Below are positions 60,850 through 64,000 of a DNA stretch of 64,000 nt, piece by piece. This DNA is from a virus. Lineage: Duplodnaviria > Caudoviricetes. The position numbers and the translations under genes were made by a program. The stretch covers positions 32,001-96,000 of IMG/VR virus record IMGVR_UViG_3300015607_004925. The stretch is one strand, 5' to 3'. The notes under the pieces were generated by a model, which had not been told where the DNA came from, made no database searches, and saw nothing but the letters and a program-made list of their open reading frames with translations. The first letter of the stretch is position 1; each line of letters starts with the position of its first letter.

Positions 60850-60907
60850 GTCGATTTCACTAAAAGTGCGCCGTGTCTTGGTATAAGTTTTCGTCAGAGG
60901 ACCATCC

Positions 60908-61468
60908 ATGCCCCGCCCCCTGATGAAAGACTGCAACCTGTTCTTCTTCGACTCTGAGACCGGCGGTCTCAGCAACCACGAGCACGACATGGTCGAGATG
61001 GCGTGCGTGGTCACGGATCCCTCCGGCGAGACCGTGCTCCACGAGTACGCCGCCAAGGTCTTCCCGCGCAAGCCCGTGGATCCGCGCGCGGCCGCCGTGA
61101 ACGGGTACTCGAAGGAGAAGTGGGCCAGCGAGGCCGTCGACGTCGACACCGCCATGGTGAAGATGTTGACCCTCGCACGCGACAGCGTGTTCGTGGCGCA
61201 CAACACACCGTTCGACTGGGGCTTCTTCTCGGCGGCGCTGGCCGCGCGCGGCGGCCGGTGGCCAGGCGACTACCACAAGATCGACACCGTCGCGCTGGCA
61301 ACGCCGTTCCTCAAGGCAGGGCTCGTGCCGAACGTCAAGCTCGTGACGCTGTCGGCGTTCTTCGACGTGCCGCACGATGACGCGCACTCCGCGCTCGGCG
61401 ACGCGCGCGCGTGCCGCGGCGTGTACCTGGCGATGATGAAGCGCTTCGCTGCCGCACTGACCGCGTAA
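60908..61468 (+). CDS. DEDDh 3'-5' exonuclease (DnaQ-like)
   Basis: DSETGG, AHNTPFD, IDT, AHSALGD. Confidence 0.9.
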   Translation: MPRPLMKDCNLFFFDSETGGLSNHEHDMVEMACVVTDPSGETVLHEYAAKVFPRKPVDPRAAAVNGYSKEKWASEAVDVDTAMVKMLTLARDSVFVAHNTPFDWGFFSAALAARGGRWPGDYHKIDTVALATPFLKAGLVPNVKLVTLSAFFDVPHDDAHSALGDARACRGVYLAMMKRFAAALTA

Positions 61469-61478
61469 CGGTTCCCCT

Positions 61479-61551
61479 TCGACGGAATGGTTCCGTCGAT
61501 GCCGGCATATTGGAAAAACAAAATCCCGGTGGGCCGGACCGGGTACTTTTT
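61479..61551. terminator. Bidirectional terminator between convergent genes
   Basis: tcgacggaa-tgg-ttccgtcga; cccggt...accggg flanked by an A-run and a T-run. Confidence 0.7.
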
Positions 61552-63185
61552 CAGATCGCGAACTGCAGATCGCGGTTCATCACGCGCCACGCGAACCAGC
61601 CGAACAGCTGCGCGTGGAGGCAGTCGTCAGGCATCGTCGGTGAGTGGCGCCAGACCTTGCGCCCTTGGGTCGTGACCTCCTCGTAGACGTTGAGGATGTC
61701 GTCGATCGCGGGCTTGGCCTGCGGCAGCATCGGGTAGACCGCCTGCTTGTGGAGCAGGAACCGGGCGAAGTTGTCGATCAGCGTCGTGCGGTCGACGTGA
61801 TACACCGCCGCGTTCGGGTTCCAGTCGACGGGCTTCGACAGCGCCATGTAGCGCACGGCGAGGACCCGATGGTCGCCGAGCTTGGCACGCAACATGGCGT
61901 TGGCGAGCGCACCCTCGCCGGCGTCGCCGACGACCATCGTCACACCCCAGGCGTTGCACAGCTCGGCGATCTCATCGATCCAGCCGACGGCGTGGCCGTT
62001 CGGGAAGATCTTGTAGAACATCGTCTTCAGGCGTCCGTCTGCCTGTTGACCCCAGATGTGGAGGACCGTCCGCGATTTGAACAGACCCTCGCTCCCCTTC
62101 ACCTCGGCGCCGCCGCCGGACCAGTCGACGCCGGCGTACGTGCCCGTGATGCCCGCCTTCGACAGCGGCAGCGGCAGCCGCGTCATCTCGTGCCGCGGGT
62201 CGCATAGCGTCTCGAGCGCCTCCTTGGTCAGCAGGCGCACGCCGGTCGAGGTCGAGACGCCGATGCACTCGTTGAGAAACTTCGACTCGCCGTAGAGCGG
62301 CGAGTTCATCTTCCACAGGAGCTTGCCCCACCGTTCGACAGCGGCCTCCCACTGCGGTGAGCCAAGAGGCCACGCCGCGGGCACGTTCTCGAGCATGATC
62401 GCCTGCGAGACGTGGAAGCCCTTGATGCCGGCGCCTTCGTCGCCTGCGCGCGTGGCGTACTTCGCCATGTCGACCCACTGCCCGGTGCGCGGGTTGAGGG
62501 CCTTCCTGCAGTTCATGCACTCGGGACCCATCTTCCCGAGCGGCTTGACGCTGTCGATGAACGTGTGCTTGCCGCACCCGTCACACTTCATGCACCACTC
62601 GGTCATCGACGACTGCGACCACAAGAACTCGATCGTGTTCTCCGACGTCTTCGGCGTGCCCGCGTAGACGGAGTACTGGTACTTCGAGTTGGCCATGCAC
62701 TCCTCGATGACGGGGATGACCGCCTCGTAGAGGATGTCCTGCACCTCGTCGAAGCAGCAACGGTCCGCCGAGAAGCCGCGGGCACGGTCCGGGTCGTCGA
62801 GGGCGTAGGTGAACGCCATCTCGGAACCGTTGCGGAGCATGCGCAGGAACACGTTGTCGATCGACTCCTGACCGACGAAGCCCTTCCGCAGGTCGGGGCT
62901 GTAGGCCAGGATCTTGGCGACGCGTGTGTGCGAAAACTTGCTGGTCTGCTCCTTGGTGGGCGACACGTAGTACGACTTGAACCCCGGCACGCCGATGGCC
63001 TCGGCGATCATGCAGGCGGCGATCGTCGTCGACTTCGAGACCTGACGCCCCGTCTTCAGCAGGAGACGCGGGTACTTGCCGTCGTACGCGGCAAGGAACA
63101 TGGGGTAGTTCTCCAGCGACAACGGCTGGTTGTCGACGTAGAACAGCCCCTGCGCGATGCTTGAACGATAAACCTCGTCAGACAC
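61551..63185 (-). CDS. terL: Terminase large subunit
   Basis: GRQVSKST, RARG, FDEVQD, GTPK; CxxC pairs as in lambda GpA-like terminases; nuclease GVDW...PDDCLHA. Confidence 0.9.
   Translation of the reverse strand: MSDEVYRSSIAQGLFYVDNQPLSLENYPMFLAAYDGKYPRLLLKTGRQVSKSTTIAACMIAEAIGVPGFKSYYVSPTKEQTSKFSHTRVAKILAYSPDLRKGFVGQESIDNVFLRMLRNGSEMAFTYALDDPDRARGFSADRCCFDEVQDILYEAVIPVIEECMANSKYQYSVYAGTPKTSENTIEFLWSQSSMTEWCMKCDGCGKHTFIDSVKPLGKMGPECMNCRKALNPRTGQWVDMAKYATRAGDEGAGIKGFHVSQAIMLENVPAAWPLGSPQWEAAVERWGKLLWKMNSPLYGESKFLNECIGVSTSTGVRLLTKEALETLCDPRHEMTRLPLPLSKAGITGTYAGVDWSGGGAEVKGSEGLFKSRTVLHIWGQQADGRLKTMFYKIFPNGHAVGWIDEIAELCNAWGVTMVVGDAGEGALANAMLRAKLGDHRVLAVRYMALSKPVDWNPNAAVYHVDRTTLIDNFARFLLHKQAVYPMLPQAKPAIDDILNVYEEVTTQGRKVWRHSPTMPDDCLHAQLFGWFAWRVMNRDLQFAI
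63159..63173. promoter_or_regulatory. Palindromic operator-like site near the terL/ATPase divergent starts
   Basis: gcttga-acg-ataaac. Confidence 0.5.
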
Positions 63186-63210
63186 GACACACCTCAGAAG
63201 GAACTCTCAC

Positions 63211-64000
63211 ATGAGCAAGACCGAGCACGTCATCTCCGAAGAAACGTTCGCTTCGAAGCTCGGCATCGACATGGTGTCGACGCGCACGTTCGAAGAGCTG
63301 ATCGAGATGCATGCCGGCACGCGCATCGTCGTGTGCGCCGTCGGCGCCTCCGGTATCGGCAAGACCGCCATCCCCAAGCAGATCGCGAAGCGCCGTGCCG
63401 GTGGTGACGGCGTGCCGTACGTCGCCCTGCACGTCCCGACCATGACCCTCGAGGACTGTCACATCCCGACGATGTCCGAGGAGAAGTCGTACTTCGACCG
63501 GCGCGTGTCGCGGCGCTTCAAGCTCCTGTTCGACTACGTCGAGGGCGTGAAGAAGACCCTGAAGAAGGGCCAGGCGTACCCGCCGGACAAGTGCCCGATC
63601 CTGGCGATCGAGGAGCTGAACCGCGGCGCCGACAAGAGCGTCACGCGTGCCATCTTCACGATGCTCGACGACCGCATGGTCGGGGACATGCTGATCCCCG
63701 ACGAGGTGCAGATGGTCGTCACCATGAACCCGACCGGCGGGGGCATGGCCGTCAACGAGTTCGAACGTGACCCGGCGATGCGTCGCCGGCTCCTGCCCGT
63801 CGGCATCACGTACAACTTCGGCGACTTCATGAAGCACGCCACGCACGCCAAGTTCCATCCGAGCGTCGTCGCACACCTCGGCGCGCACCCTGACAGCCTC
63901 TACGACGAGAAGGCGGCAGCCGCGGGCAAGGTGTTCGCCTGCCCGGCGACGTGGGAGAACGTCTCGCGTATCGCGTGGCGCTTCCAGGAGCTGGGCGTCA
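63211..64000 (+). CDS. MoxR/dynein-related AAA+ ATPase (runs off window)
   Basis: Manual translation: GASGIGKT, IEELNR, TMNP, DPAMRRR; AAGGA RBS; not in ORF track. Confidence 0.85.
   Translation, partial: MSKTEHVISEETFASKLGIDMVSTRTFEELIEMHAGTRIVVCAVGASGIGKTAIPKQIAKRRAGGDGVPYVALHVPTMTLEDCHIPTMSEEKSYFDRRVSRRFKLLFDYVEGVKKTLKKGQAYPPDKCPILAIEELNRGADKSVTRAIFTMLDDRMVGDMLIPDEVQMVVTMNPTGGGMAVNEFERDPAMRRRLLPVGITYNFGDFMKHATHAKFHPSVVAHLGAHPDSLYDEKAAAAGKVFACPATWENVSRIAWRFQELGV

Larger units (their letters stand above)
1..64000. mobile_element. Large tailed dsDNA bacteriophage (myovirus-like) genome segment; free phage or prophage undetermined
   Basis: Terminase, portal, prohead protease, capsid, sheath, tube, spike, PolA, primase-helicase; dense overlapping (ATGA/TGATG) gene packing; no host housekeeping context. 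Confidence 0.95.

Noticed and set aside
1-64000. tRNA, rRNA, integrase/att sites, reverse transcriptase/DGR, alternative genetic code, host assignment
   Set aside because: None recognised; intergenic gaps are very short; all three stop codons end genes normally; composition alone cannot name a host

Overview
The whole 64 kb window reads as the core of a large, high-GC tailed dsDNA bacteriophage with a contractile tail. No host genes, integrase, tRNA, rRNA or CRISPR array were recognised, so free phage versus prophage cannot be decided. About 1-46.4 kb is one minus-strand morphogenesis arm: lysis-like membrane genes, baseplate spike, tail tube, sheath, neck, fibre cluster, major capsid protein, prohead protease and portal. 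Embedded in this arm is a cellular-type RNA polymerase with an unusual split (beta fused to the N-half of beta', C-half of beta' separate) and a free-standing LAGLIDADG endonuclease. About 46.4-61.5 kb is a plus-strand replication block: SNF2 helicase, two PD-(D/E)XK nucleases, SSB-like protein, primase-helicase, UDG-like/PolA polymerase and DEDDh exonuclease, with a sigma-70 gene on the opposite strand. The terminase (minus) and a MoxR-like AAA+ ATPase (plus, truncated) follow. The most striking unexplained signals are: (1) about 11 otherwise unrelated small late proteins share one short helical motif, [YH]xxGxxxALxxLxL, usually next to K-x-A sites; K-x-A is very frequent in head-region proteins and brackets glycine-zipper peptides and atypical-composition cassettes such as a GNAT domain, which suggests a capsid-targeting plus protease-release cargo system; (2) a 15-bp palindrome GTTTAT-N3-ATAAAC at 8 gene starts; (3) a -10-only CTAYMMT box upstream of 11 late genes. 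All functional calls come from motif recognition by eye; no database searches were run.
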